Of a stretch of DNA of 64,000 nt, positions 51,002 through 64,000 are shown in pieces. Origin of the DNA: Ginglymostoma cirratum (lineage: Eukaryota); contig JAHRHZ010000061.1 of NCBI GenBank assembly GCA_024137785.1, positions 3,333,890 to 3,397,889 of the forward strand, read 5' to 3'. The notes below the pieces were generated by a model. It did no database searches and was not told the origin of the DNA. It saw only the letters and a list, made by a program, of their open reading frames with translations. Positions within the stretch are counted from its first letter, which is position 1, and every line of letters starts with the position of its first letter. The translations under genes and the position numbers were made by a program.

Positions 51002-51789
51002 CTAAAACAATACAGTGCAATTAATGTCACATTACCAAAATGGATTTCATATATTCCAGTCACACCCGCCCACCTCAATCAATCTTCATTCATTGATGCT
51101 AGATGCCCCACACCATACTGCATCACTATATCATCACAAACATTAATCCTGGTATTTTTCACTGAACACAGAAAAGTCTTTACAACCATAAAGTGGAATA
51201 TCTAGCTCAACTTGTTTAAACAAATCATCTTTTTTTGATACATTCATATGATGGAGCAGATATACGCTCTGCTTTCATTGACTATCTTCAGTGAGAAGTC
51301 ATAGTTTCATTCTCTTCATTTCCCTTCACTGATGGATTTGCGAGCAATTCTGTACAACTTCCATCAGTTCAGTCAAGGCAAATAATAACATTATTCTTAG
51401 GATGCCTATTTTCTATATTTATTAGAGAATTTATAAGACAGTTTTTGTTTCTTTAGATCCTGAAGATCTGTATGAATTCATCTTGTCATTTATTGTGATA
51501 TACACAAGGTGAGAAGTAGATGCTTTCCCAAATTTACCTTCAATTCAGACTTTCCACACGGCTTTTGGGAGTTTGCTCTGTAATCTATTATAAGGAGATC
51601 GTAAGGAAAGTTTCTAAGATCCTTTTTAATGCCTTTTACACACCCCTTAAGTTAATTCACTTCTAAAGATGAGTCTATTGAAAACTTCAAACTTAATTTT
51701 CCCTGTACATTAGCTTTATGTCCTACCTTTTACTATACAACAGTAATGCAATTTGAAAGTAAGAATCAAGGAAGGCGATAAAACCTAAA

Positions 51790-52990
51790 CAATACAAACT
51801 TAATAAGGATGCGGAAACAGAGATGTGGGGATTCATATACAAAAGTTTGAAAGTGATAGAACAAGTTGATGAAGCTATTAAAATGCATATCAAGCATAAC
51901 AAGGCAAGAAAATTATGCTAATCCCCTTCACAAAACACTGGTTAGCATATTGTAGGTAGGATAATCACAAGAGATGTATTAGAATAATGCCACAGATAAG
52001 GAACCTCAGTTGTGTGGAAAGACTAGAGAAACTGGGGTTGTTTTCCTTGGAGCAGCAAAAGTTAAGTGGTAACTCAATAGAGATGTCCAAAGTTATCACA
52101 GGTTTTGCTACAACAAGTAAAGGGAAGTAGTTTCTACTGACAAATAGGTTTGTACCCAGTAGACCTTTTAACTAAATGACAAACGATCTATAGTAAGATA
52201 AAATGATAAGAGGAATGTGTTCTTGTGCAGTAAATTGTTATAGTCTGGAGTGCATTGCCTGATTGGATGATGGAAGCAGATTGAAAGGAACTTTCAAAAG
52301 GAATTTGGATGCCTATAAGATAAAGAAGAATTTGCAGTGCTAGAGGAAAGGATTTGCATGTTGGACTAATCGGATTGCTTTTACAAAAAGCTGTTCCAGT
52401 ACAGTTACAACAATGACACCTACCCAACAATATGGAAAATTTCCCAGTTATATCCTGTAGGAAAATGTTAAACAAATCCAATCCAGTCAAATACCACTCT
52501 GTCAGATTACATTTGACCATAAGAAAAGTGATGGAAGGGATCATCAACAGCATGATTAAGCAGCATTTGATAGCCACAATTTGCTGACTAAACACTCAGT
52601 TTGGATTCTCCCAGGGCCACTCAGCTGCTTACCTCATTACAGCCTTAACATGGATTTAAATAATCTGAACTACAGAAATTAGCTGAGAATGATTGTCTTT
52701 ATCATCGACGTCACATTTGACCAAATATAATATCAAGAAGCCCTAGCAAAACTAGGGTCAATGTGAATCGGAGAAATCTCTCCATTGGTACTGAGTACAA
52801 AGGATGATGGTTGTGGTTGTTGGAGGTCAGTTATCTCGGTTCCAGGGCATCTCTGTATTATTTGGGGCATATCTACACCAAATGGACTGTAGAGCAATTC
52901 ATGAAGGAAGCTCAAAACAACCCACTTACCTCAGCATGAGCAATAAATGCTGGCTCTGCCAGAGATGCCCACATCCCATGAATGAATAAA
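51790..52990 (+). mobile_element. Decayed LINE fragments (CR1 3' region, then a second LINE family)
   Basis: CR1-like GACTAGAGAAACTGGGGTTGTTTTCCTTGGAGCAG; tail CCCACATCCCATGAATGAATAAA at 52968-52990. Confidence 0.65.
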
Positions 52991-54296
52991 GAAAGACAGC
53001 TGTGCAGATAGATTAAATTATCACCTCCACTGCTGTAAATTTCCGTGTTTCTTTGACTCTGATAAGTCAATGACAAGAGAAATCGTGACAATAGGCAGCA
53101 GTCTACTCAGGCAGGGAGGGCACATCCAAGACTTTTGATAAGATATTAGTTGTCATTCACTGACATTGACAATGGGAAACAATGCAGTTAGGTTGGTCAT
53201 TGATTTTACAAAATACCAAATTTCACTTTGCTTTAAAATTCATTTTCCTGCTAGATGGACTAGGTTATAATTATCCCACTATATCTGAAGTGAGGTTAGA
53301 AGGTGAAGAAGGAGGGCTCTTATGCTGCAGTGGTAGTGAGCCGACCTCTGAGCCAGGTGACCTGGGCTCAGTCCCATCCTGCTCCAGAGATGTGTTGTAA
53401 AATCTCATCTCTGAAGAGATCGATTAGGAAAATATCTATAAATCCAAAGATCGTGCTAAACTGAGAAATATGAAATACGTAGAAGATGGGGTCCAACTGG
53501 ATTACTGTGTGAAGAGCTCATTTAGCCCCATTTTCACATCATATCTTCTATCCTTAGTTTTTTAGAATGTTTTGATTTTCGGCTATGTATAAGCTATGTA
53601 AAACTATGTAAAAAACATTTACAGCATTTGGGGAGATATGGAAGCTTAGGTGTTGAAACATAATGACTTCTCTAATATTGAAGATTTGGGGTTATAAAAA
53701 CCAACGTTTTAACAATGGTATATTTAATGGCTGGCATATTTGCAGAATTGTAAGTTCAATAGACAGTTTATATAATAACTACAAATATGAATTCATAATG
53801 GGAAATGGTGATGGAAAATTGTAACAAAATTTTATCACAGAAATTAAGAAGATTGGCAGGAGGTTTAAGGTTCCTAATAAGAAATGTAATGTAAGAAGAG
53901 CCATCCCAGACTCGAAATTTTAACACTGTTTCTGTCTCCAGAGATACTGCCAGACCTACTGAGTTTCTCCAGCATTCTCTGTGTTTATTTCAGATTTTTA
54001 AAGTACTACCGTTGATTGCAGAATCCCAGAAATGTCAATGCAGGAGGATGTCATTTAACCCAGCAGTACCATCTCCATGCCAAAGTTATTTGTACACAAC
54101 CTACATACAAAGTATGGCATATGGATTTTGCCTTAAAATGTACTGTGCACAAATGACTATTCACAAGTTTAAATACTCGAGTCATGATATGCTGATCGAG
54201 GAGCTTATGAAATTAAGTTTGAGACTGAGATATAAATAACATATAAAGCAGGTTCTAACACAATACAAAAATACCAGAGCAATAGCTGAGCCTAAC

Positions 54297-54506
54297 CTGA
54301 TACAAATTGTGTCAAATATTCAAACCACTGACGTATAGTGGAATCTCCGTGAATATAAAGATTTTTTCCGCGGAGGCAGTCTGTGATACTTGCAGGAGTA
54401 TCAAAACGTCGGATGTTACAGCTTGTTGACATCCACTGGTCCTGATAATAAAATCCAGAAGGTGAAAGCAGAGGCTTGCCAGGGACACAGTCTCCGAGAT
54501 CTTTGC
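54297..54506 (-). CDS. NXPE3: NXPE3-like copy B, penultimate exon with GDS motif
   Basis: Acceptor ttctcag| at 54507-54508 and donor G|gttagg. Encodes KDLGDCVPGKPLLSPSGFYYQDQW...CLRGKNLYIHGDSTIRQWFEYLTQFVS. Confidence 0.92.
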
Positions 54507-55954
54507 CTGAGAATTGAAAAGGCAAGGCTAAAACATAAGCTAAGACATGTGAACACTGATACAGTCCTTAAACATCTCTCAGTAGAGAATGAGAAAAATA
54601 TTACATTTAAGACTAAAGATTTTTCCTTGGAAATTCTCATCTACCTCAGTATTTTGCATTTAAAGTGATAGGTAACAATGACTCATTAGCAACAATATGT
54701 TCAGTAAAAGTGCTGGCAGGAATTTTCTGAACTCTTCCATGTTTTAAGAAAAGCCTATTGGGAAAGCTTAGAGACCACACAGTAATTTCACAGCCTGTTG
54801 TAAGGAAGCTCAAATTAGAAAATCTGATCACTGGAATACACCGGAGTAACTGTTTACTTCTTAGGGGCTGTTTAAACAAAACATGCCAAAAAACGTACAT
54901 GTTAAGACAAATTGCTTATTTTAAAGTCAGGTGTGTATTTCACAAAAGGGTCCTTTTGTTTTTCAAATTTCTGCTTGACACTTTGTCTTTAGTGGCTTGC
55001 CACCACCTACTTCCAGTCACATTCTACTGTGGGATCACTTCCACTCCAGGGAAACTGCCTGATCTGAAGCATTCAAACACAGTCATAGTGTCACTTTTTT
55101 GAAGAAGGCCACTTGCCCTACTGAGCCCATCCAGCTCCCCACAAAGCATTCTAGTCAGTCCCACATTTTAGCCCTGGATGAAGAAGTCTGGTTCACCATT
55201 GCTTCATTGACTGAGAGGGATTGAGGGTTTTTGATCCCATTGTATTGTATTGAGGTAACAGACAGATTATGAGAGAAGTATGGAGGCAGAAGGTAGTACA
55301 AAGTTCTTTCTCACGTAGCCCCTTGTCAATTTGCCCAAAACCCTAAATCTGTGTCTCCTAGTTCTTTGTCAGTTAATATGGACAGCCTTTATCTACCATA
55401 TCTAACCTTGTCATAATCTTGTGCATCTCTATCAAATCTCCCTTCAATTTTCTTTGCTCCAAGGAGAACGATCCTAATTTCTCCACCCTCATTCTCAGAA
55501 CAATTCTGGTAAATCTACTCTGCACCTTTTTAAAGAACATGCTTTTTCTTTTTGTCATTCCCTCTGAAATGTACACTTGATTATTCACTTGGTCACTTTG
55601 CAGCCACAATTCAGTAAAGCCTAACCTAACCTATTTATTTCCATTTTTCCATACTTTCAATGAATGTGCCATCAATTCGTCTATCTTGCTATAAATGAAT
55701 TCAGATGAAAGAGCCTTTCATTCTCTTTTTTTTACCATTTTCTCTATTTTGACACAAAGTGTTGGTTTGCACTTTCCTAACATTAATCTGGCTGGATGAG
55801 GCTTCCAAGACTTTATATCTTTCAAATTTCTAATGAAAACATAAAGCCAAACATATTAACATTCATCAGTTGTGAAAATTGTTTTTAGCATGGATTCATT
55901 TTAAACAATATATATATCTAGATATGGTATGTGATTAAATTAAATTCAATAGAA

Positions 55955-56123
55955 GTCCAAAGATGTGCAGGCTAGGTGGATTGGCCATGCTAAATTGCTC
56001 ATAGTGTTTAGGGATTGTGTAGATTAGGTGGGTTATAAGGGGATGGGTCTGGGTGGGATACTCTGAGGGTTGGTGTGGACTTGTTGGTCGATGGGCCTGT
56101 TTCCACACTGTAGGGCTTCTATG
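55955..56123 (+). mobile_element. HE1 SINE 3' half
   Basis: GTCCAAAGATGTGCAGGCTAGGTGGATTGGCCATGC...CACACTGTAGGGCTTCTATGA. Confidence 0.82.
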
Positions 56124-56989
56124 AAAATAGTCAAGTTAAGGAAAAGGATGAAATAATGGACTCAATTTAATTTACAATATGAGAAGTTTGCTACTTTTTA
56201 AATGTTGCTGTCTTTGCTTCTGGTTTGTGCAACTGTATGCAATGACCTTGAATCAGAGCCAAGAAAAAGGTTAAATCATATAGGAACAAATGGATACCAA
56301 TTTTAATAAAGGAAAAAAATATAAATCTGAAAGTCAGATGCAACCATAGATTGATACAAATCTGAGGGTTTGCATCTGTGTATTGCATCGGGAAATGTGT
56401 AAGAAGATTGATATTATTTTGGATTATTCCCATTGGTAATGTTGTCATAAGTCATTATAAGACCAATGGAATGTTTAAAGTGACTCAACTTATTGCAGGT
56501 TAATGTGTAGTTTTTAAACTGTCAGATGATATAGAACGGAGGTAGGGTGTCTGGAAAGCCCCAGGTAAACTAGTACTGAAGTTGGGATGGGTTGTACAGC
56601 TCCTCGTTATAATGTTATTTCATTCTACGTGGGGAAAACTTCTAAATCCAATATACAGCCCAATTGATAGAGCTCAAAAAGAACTCATTCCCAAACAAAG
56701 GAAGTTCATGTATTATGGATCACTGATAAATATTTTGGTGAAGAAAATTCTTCCAGCACTATCCAAAATGATTAATGTTTGAGATAAAATATTGGTACCT
56801 GCTGGGATTCATCTATTATAGACATTTAAATAAATATTTCTCTCTAAAATGATATCATGTGGCAATTGAAACTTTTGTCCATCTAATAAAGCTCCTTTCT
56901 TAAAGGTTATCTCTATATTCCATCACAACACTTTTTCTGAAGTGCAACATTACCTACAGCAGCAAAATGTCACTGATATCTTTGGTCAC

Positions 56990-57640
56990 CATAGCATCAT
57001 TGAATGCTCACAGAGGAAGACTATTCAACCTGCTAGGTCTGTACTGGTTCTCTGAAGGAATAATTCATTTGGAGACACTTCACACCCTTTGACAAAGTGC
57101 TGCCCATTTTTCATGGTCAGATAATTGAATTAAGGTCCCTCTTAAATTCCTCAGTTGAACCATCTCCTTAACACTCACAGGCAGTACATACAAGATCCTA
57201 ACAACTCATTGATTAAAATAGTTCTTCCTGTGTAACTTTGTTTCTTTTGCCAATGACCTTAAGTTTATGAATTCTGATTCTTGACATTTTCACCAAAAGG
57301 ATCAATTTCTCTCGATATATTCTATCCAGACCCCTCTTGATTTTGAATAGCACTACCAAACCTCCTCTCAACATTTTTTTCTTCAAGGAGAACAGTCCCA
57401 ACCTCTTCATTATCCATAAAACTAAAGTTCCTCATCCCAGGAACGATTCTTATAAATCTTTTCGGCATTCTATTTACATCTTCAGATCCTTCCTGAAGAG
57501 TAGAGCTTGAAACTGAATACAGTACTCAAGGCGAGGACAAAGCAATGTGTTATACAGTTTTTGCCCTTGTACTCCATGCCATAGGCTTTATTAAACAGTC
57601 ACTCAATCTGTTCTGCCACTTTCAATGATTTCATGCCATT
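56990..57640 (-). mobile_element. CR1 LINE 3' fragment
   Basis: ORF 57213-57410 (KRLGLFSLKKKMLRGGLVVLFKIKRGLD) is the CR1 ORF2 C-terminus. Confidence 0.82.
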
Positions 57641-58037
57641 AAGAAATATTTCTTCCTCTCTTCAAAACCCTGGAGTGTCTTCAGATTTACGGAAGATGCC
57701 TTCATAAAAGTCACCACAGTCTTGCCAGATCGCAGGGGTGCTCACGCATTAGATATATACACTGCTTGTATTTTAACCTGAAGGTGACCATGCCTCAGGT
57801 AAAGGGAGAGTTTGAGGACAGTACTTATGATAATGTCAGCCAGTGGAGGAACTGAACTCACTGTTGGCATACAGTGCCAATTAGCTATCCAGCCAACTGA
57901 GCTATCTTCATAGGCTTTTGTTAAACAATAACCTACATTTGTTAAATCCCTACAGGAGTGATTAAATCTAAGACAATGGCCCAAATCTTCTGATCTGGGT
58001 CAGAATCACTATTTCTAACCCAGATCAGACAAATAAT

Positions 58038-58327
58038 TGAGATAACAAGGTGTGGAGCTGGATGAACACAGCAGGCCAAGCAGCATCTTAGGAGCAGGAA
58101 AGCTTGCCATTTCGGGCCTAGACCCTTCATCAGAAATGGGGGAGGGGAAGAGGGTTCTGTAATAAATATGGAGAGAGAGGGAGGCGGATAGAAGATGGAT
58201 AGAGGAGAGGCTAGATGGAGAGGAGGCAGAAGCTTCCCTGCTCCTAAGATGCTGCTTGGCCTGCTGTGTTCATTCAGCTCCACACCTTGTTATCTCGGAT
58301 TCTCCAGCATCTGCAGTACCTATTATC
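58038..58327. mobile_element. Foldback Penelope-end insert
   Basis: Inverted arms, hammerhead-like CTGATGAAGGGTCTAGGCCCGAAAT on minus, 13-bp TSD TCAGACAAATAAT at 58025-58037 and 58328-58340. Confidence 0.82.
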
Positions 58328-60174
58328 TCAGACAAATAATCGTCCACTTACATTTATAATCTTGCAGTTTCTAGTCTTACGAATCTGTTTTTTAAGTAAG
58401 AAACTTAACTAACAGAAATAATTATTCCTGAAATTAGTAAACAGACATAAATTGGCTAAGTTAGAAGGAACCCAGGGTGTGAGCAACTTCACCACACTGC
58501 ATCTGTTCTCCTGCTCAAGTAATGCATTCTCCTTCTGTTTAGAAACGTAAATTGATCGTGGATCGCACAAACAAGAACAGGATAATCAACCCAGACATGG
58601 ATGCTTCTGGCTGGAACGGTTGTGGGGTGGGGAGTCATAAAAATATAAGCCTAATCTGTATGGGTAACACAGTCTTTTACAGCTGAATGAATACACTGGA
58701 AACACTTGCTGCTAAGAAACTTGTCTACTCAGAAGACAATTATTTATGGAATGTTTTCAGTTTTCTGCAATAGATGTTGTAATGTAATCCATGGTTTAAA
58801 AGCTTGTACTTTTTGAGACCAAACCTAATTAGGAAACAAAACTGACCTTTCCAGTTCCTAAGCAAATGAAAAGTGAAACTGAGACTGGGAGTCAAAAATT
58901 CTGAAGACACTGAAACCACAAGAAAAGAACAGATCCATCAGAGATCAGGTGAGGATGATCCCAATGAGGCAGTACAAACAAGCTGAAGAGACTATATCCA
59001 AAGGCTGAGGTTAGGCAAATATCCAGTGGCTGCAGCTTTTTCTGTTAGTTGAGGATGCCTTTGGTGAAAATACACCATCCACAACATTCTAAGCAGAATT
59101 GAGGATGTGCCATGTTTTAGCTCAGACCATGCTGGGGGAATCCAGGTTTATCATATGCTGCTGCTGGCAGTGTATCCCTCTCCTAGAAAGTCCCAGAAAG
59201 AGGGGAGCTGAAATTCTCCATGAGGAAGACAGAGTCTGAAGGACTTTGTGACTAAGATTGATGATGCATATTGAATGGACTGCTGAGCCAATTTGTAAGT
59301 TTAGTCTTGGTGTATCTGCAATTTAATGTGCCAGTGTACTTTATAATCAACCACAATTTGCCTGTTAATTCATGTTTTGACTTATGTTGATTCTGACGTT
59401 TAGAGTACAAGACATAAGTTAAGATTGGAATTACCATTCCTTTGTTTTGACTCATTTAAATTAAAAATTCTTCTGGTTTAAACTTCAGAATCACTGGGCT
59501 TAAATTTTTCATGAAATTAACAAGAATTTAGAAGTTACTGATTTCTACTGACACTAGTACCATGTATCAACTAGTTACAGTGAAAGACATCCTGACATTT
59601 ATATGATTCTTTCTTCCTCTGTTTTAATGCAATGCTTGCTCTAGTTCATGAAAAGCCATTCAGACTTTTGTACTTTTTACATTGTTCTATACCTTTCAAT
59701 TTTCATCATGTTAATTTTAAATTTTTTATGAATTTCTCCCTACCTCAGTTCTTTTCCTATGACATTAATATGGTGTTCCAAACTACCTAGCCAGAAAAAG
59801 TATTTTCTCAGAATGTTCTTTGCCAAACCCTTTAGGCATGTTTAAGGGGGTGTACTTGCAGGTGGGTGAAGGTATACAGTGTCAGGGTAGTGAGTGAGAG
59901 GGTAGATTGGGCGTGGCATTGGGTGGGTGTGCAGGGAGGGGATTGGGTGTGGGATGGTTCCAATCTGGGTGTAAGGGCAATGGTTGGGTGCTAAATATTG
60001 GGGCAGTAGTCAGGGCGCTGTCAGATGTTGTGGGTGTGGGTTTTGGTGCCCTAGATGGCTGGAAGTTGAGCAGGGGTTGATCAGGTGATGGGGAAATGGT
60101 AAGGGTGTGGGGAAGTTCAGTGCCGGGTTTAAGTGTGATTGGGTGTTAGTCTGGTCAGTGTGAGAGATTGGGGT

Positions 60175-60345
60175 CATGGTGGTTGGTTACCTCAGTTGGC
60201 TGGACAGCTAGCTTGTGATGCTGATTGATGCTAATGGTGTGGGTTCAATTCCTACACTGGCTGAGCTCACTGTGAGGGTCCTGCCTTCTTGACTGCATCC
60301 CCACCATGGGCACAGTGACCCTCAGGCTAAACATACTGCCTGAAG
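60175..60345 (+). mobile_element. tRNA-derived SINE (second family; antisense relative at ~57740-57905)
   Basis: GGTTACCTCAGTTGGCTGGACAGCT...GTGGGTTCAATTCC with A/B-box-like motifs. Confidence 0.6.
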
Positions 60346-61856
60346 ACTCCTACTTTATTCTTAATCATGTTGCCCTTTTGTAACAAAAACTAACGTACCA
60401 CTTAGCTTGCTAATTTTCCCATCTCTCACCATTCCAAAATTTTTCTTAGGTTTCATTTTCTACTGACACAACCCAGCTATGTCTTCGTGCCATCTCTTTG
60501 CATTCCCCTCCCATTTACTTTCCAATTTAACATTAAAACATCAGCAAAACTGTACAGGTTATATTCAGTCCCATTCCTAATACTTCACTATAGTGTACGT
60601 GTAGCTGTGGTTCAGGTACAGATCCTTGCTGTATAGAGTTAGTTACAGCCTGCCAATCCAAAAATACTCATTTACTCTTCCTCACAGTTTTCTGCCTGTT
60701 AACTGATCCATGCCCATTAATTACCACTCAATTGAATGAGACTTAGCCCATCTATAAACGTCTCGAATTCTACACTTTTTTCTACACTTTCTTTTGATAA
60801 TACACATTATATTCTTACCTGTTTCTATTCCAATTCACCTCAGTTGTAAACAAGTTTAAATGACAGCTCTGAAGTTCATGTAGTTATCTAATTTAACAAC
60901 ATTCAGCAGAAGATTTCAATCATTTGAACAGCCTAACTTCAGCAACATTTTGACCACAGGCAACGTTGTGACGTCCAGATCGATGTCTCCACTTCCCCGA
61001 CCCACCGCACCCACCCCCCCCACCCCCGATGCAATGTATGATTTGGTGGGATTATATCCAGTCAAATCCCGTGTTCAATAATTATTGAATCTTCTTTAAA
61101 TTCAATCTGTTCTGATGTGTTATTACGCGGCTCTGGTGCAGGTGAGGTTCAAACTCAAGCTTTCTGGATCAGAAGCAGGAGCATTACCAATGCAGCACAA
61201 GAACCTGTGTGTCTGATTCTGACATTACAGAATGCAAATGAGATCAATGTTTAGCGGGACGCTTGCCTTCCATATCAAGTCAATTATTGGCTAGGGTTTA
61301 GTGCTCTGTGTACTAAGTGCTGTAGTAGGAAGCTTCAGTGACAATTAACTCACTGCCTCCACCAGTGAGAAAGCTCACTTGACTGAGCACTAATTAGGTA
61401 CTGTGCGGATCTGTTCTTCACCTTTCCTGCTGCTGATAGAATGTCCTAGCAACAAGGAAGAAAGCAGGCACTCCATCTATTACTTAGCCTTTTCATTTTA
61501 CCAAACTCCCATGCCACGCTATCCCGAGAGGCCTGGTTAAATCCAGCTCATTGCATGGAATGCTGTAGGGATTCCACAGTAACAATAAATGTATTGTAAC
61601 TGTAGCAGTATTACTCAAATGAATACAAACTTGCCGAAGTAGAAAAGATTTGTCGGAGAACAAACCTATTCACACTAAACAAGAAGAGTATACAAGAAGA
61701 TTAAGCTCGGTAGATAATAAATGAGGCAACTCATTAAATTATCCTTAAACAAGAGAGCCAGAAATGTTTGAGTGTTGGCAAAGAACTACCTCCTGTTCCA
61801 TCTAATACCTGATACTGTCTATCTGCTCATCAGCAAAATATTTATACTGCTCTTAC

Positions 61857-61930
61857 CTGTATGAGGTGAAGGCTTTACAGTTATATAATTCAGGCCACTG
61901 GGCAATATGCGTTTCTTGACATTGACTCCA
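61857..61930 (-). CDS. NXPE3: NXPE3-like copy B, 74-nt internal exon (upstream exons lie beyond the window)
   Basis: atttcag|T GGA GTC AAT GTC...CAT ACA G|gtaag gives (S)GVNVKKRILPSGLNYITVKPSPHT(G), homologous to 15578-15651. Confidence 0.9.
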
Positions 61931-62729
61931 CTGAAATATATTATTGTTATTATTGCATGTTAAGTTACTGTTACATCTTCATGAAAAAATGATTATCATA
62001 GACGATTTAAAAGTACAATTTAACTTATTCCGTTCCTCGGTAATCTAAAACGTAAAGGTTTGGTTTAAAATTATTTTCATAGAATGGTTACAGATATCAC
62101 TCAAGTTCTTGGCTGGTCCAACTAGCAGGACTGTCTAAACAACCTTCATTCCTCCACTAGTTGGGCATGCTTTCATGGTGCGTGTAGTATGGCCTAAGTT
62201 AACTTTATAACCACAAGTTATAAAGTTGGGCTCCACAGTCTGTTGCAGGGAATCCTACCAGAAGGAAAATGAAACTCTAAAAGGAGGGTCACATTGTGTT
62301 AATGTTAACATCAAAATTGGCCTCAGTGGTGTCAGTGAAATGGGGTTTATTCATCAAAAAAATCTTTTTGTAGTACAGAACTGGTTAGTGTTGCTGAAAG
62401 GCATTTTGACGGAGAATGCGTGCATTAATGCTGATTGACAGACAACAGATAGATCTTATTTAAATTGTAAATCAGATAGTTTGACTCTGATTAGTCAGGG
62501 CATTGTCTGAGAAATGAACCAGCAAATGGCTGTCACCTATTTTGTAGAGTTGAAACAGGCTCAGTGTATATGTGCATTCTGTCTGGAAAGAATGGGGGTC
62601 CCTTGAGTTAATGTATTTAACTTCTGGTATCGTATGTGCGGCACACTGGCTATAGTTGTCAGCATAATTTCCAGCACATTCAAGATTATACAGAAAGAAA
62701 ACAACAACAGAATCAAATCTAATGTGACT

Positions 62730-63402
62730 CTTCCAGTAAGATGGCGGTGGAGTGGGGCTTCTGAACTCAGGGATCATTTGCTTGATCCAGTTTTCTTTTC
62801 ATTTTTTTTGTTCTCTTATCTCTTTTTTTGTTTCTGTCTTTTTTTCTCTTTTATTTTACTTCCCTCTCCTGGCGATGGTAGCAGAGGTGAGTTTAGGTCC
62901 CCAGTTGCATTAGCGTCCAGCTGCGATTCATGGAAGCAGTGGTGGAGTTGAGCTTGGGCCCAGTCCGAGACCGGATAGCATCAGCAGTGACTGCATCAGT
63001 GAGGTGGGCACGGCGTAAACTCGTGGTGATGGCAGAGTTGGTAATACGGTACCTGGTGACATCGGTGGTGTCTGCATTGGCATGGTCTATCAAGGACTTA
63101 CCGTAGCGAGGGCATCGGTGGAGGCCAGATGGCGCCAAAGAGTGGCAACTTTCGTTCCAGCAGTGGCTCGGCAAAGGGGACTCATGCCTGACCACCAGGC
63201 CCATGGCCCATGATGCAACACTTAACAAGAAGGACTGTAAAGGTGAACATGCTTTTTTTATTTCTTCATTTTTCTGCCTTTATGTTCTAAGTTTTGGTTT
63301 ATTTTTCTGTATTTCAAAATGGCCCCAGATAGTGGTGACACTATACAGCATAATACTTTTCATTGTATTTTGTAACAAAAATTAAATCAAACCAAATCAA
63401 AT
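62730..63402 (+). repeat. Unclassified interspersed repeat with (AAATC)n tail
   Basis: GC-rich body starting AAGATGGCGG and ending AAATTAAATCAAACCAAATCAAAT, like a non-LTR retroposon tail. Confidence 0.4.
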
Positions 63403-64000
63403 AATTTTAGATGCTGCGTTGCAAGTTTTGCAACCTCAGCCATGTTGTGCACGGTCAGTACCTTGCCTGTTTGCAAACAGCCAAGGAGGCATGCCAATTA
63501 ATTTGACCTGCCAGGCTTTGGGATGTACAGTTTACATAACTGAATCACACTGTCAAGTTAAGAGGGTGGGGGCAGGGATGGAAGGGGGAGAGTTTTTGTC
63601 CACTTGCCATCACAATATCTTCCAAAGTTTTGCTCCTCCCTCTTTGGCCTGCAGCAGGTTGTGCAAATTTAATGGCCAGGCCATAGGTGTCAGAGTAGCA
63701 TTCTTGTTCCTGAATCAAGAACTTGTGCATGGAGCCCAACTCCTGCACTTGAACACAACACCTTGACAGAGACTGTTGCTTTTCAGAGATGTTTAACCAA
63801 GACCATTTGCATACTCTCAAAATTGAAGCAAATGAGTCCATAGAAGATGAGGATGTCTATCTGTGTCCTGATTAATATTGATCCTTTAATCAGCATCATT
63901 AAAACATGTATCTAGTTATTTAGCTCATTGCTTTTATCAAACATTGTTGTGTTCAAATATTGTTATCACATTTCATTACATTGCAAGAGAAATTTCAACA

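Noticed and set aside
60819-60887. 69-nt exon-like segment with CAG|gtaaga donor in a copy B intron
   Set aside because: In-frame TAA in phase 1, weak acceptor and no counterpart in copy A.
1-64000. CRISPR arrays, operons or other prokaryotic systems
   Set aside because: No regularly spaced repeat-spacer arrays or dense ORFs; the sequence is intron-rich vertebrate DNA.

Overview
Repeat-rich eukaryotic DNA, most likely from a shark or other elasmobranch (inferred from many HE1-type tRNA-derived V-SINEs, CR1 LINEs and Penelope-like elements). The window holds two tandem NXPE3-like genes (neurexophilin/PC-esterase family, SGNH-type GDS motif) on the minus strand. Copy A can be rebuilt as an open five-exon CDS of about 565 aa (31952-31881, 22809-22025, 15651-15578, 8507-8286, 5058-4514), with a candidate TATA/Inr promoter and tiny 5' exon near 40.1-40.2 kb. 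Only the last three exons of copy B are present (61930-61857, 54506-54297, 51001-50457). Introns and intergenic DNA carry CR1 fragments, HE1 SINEs, two decayed Gypsy LTR elements, a degenerate Penelope-like element with an internal inverted duplication, many short TSD-flanked Penelope-end inserts with hammerhead ribozyme cores, and a tRNA-Arg(CCT) pseudogene. Most short ORFs in the supplied track are repeat-derived or spurious. Repeat boundaries are approximate unless a TSD is given. No database searches were run.
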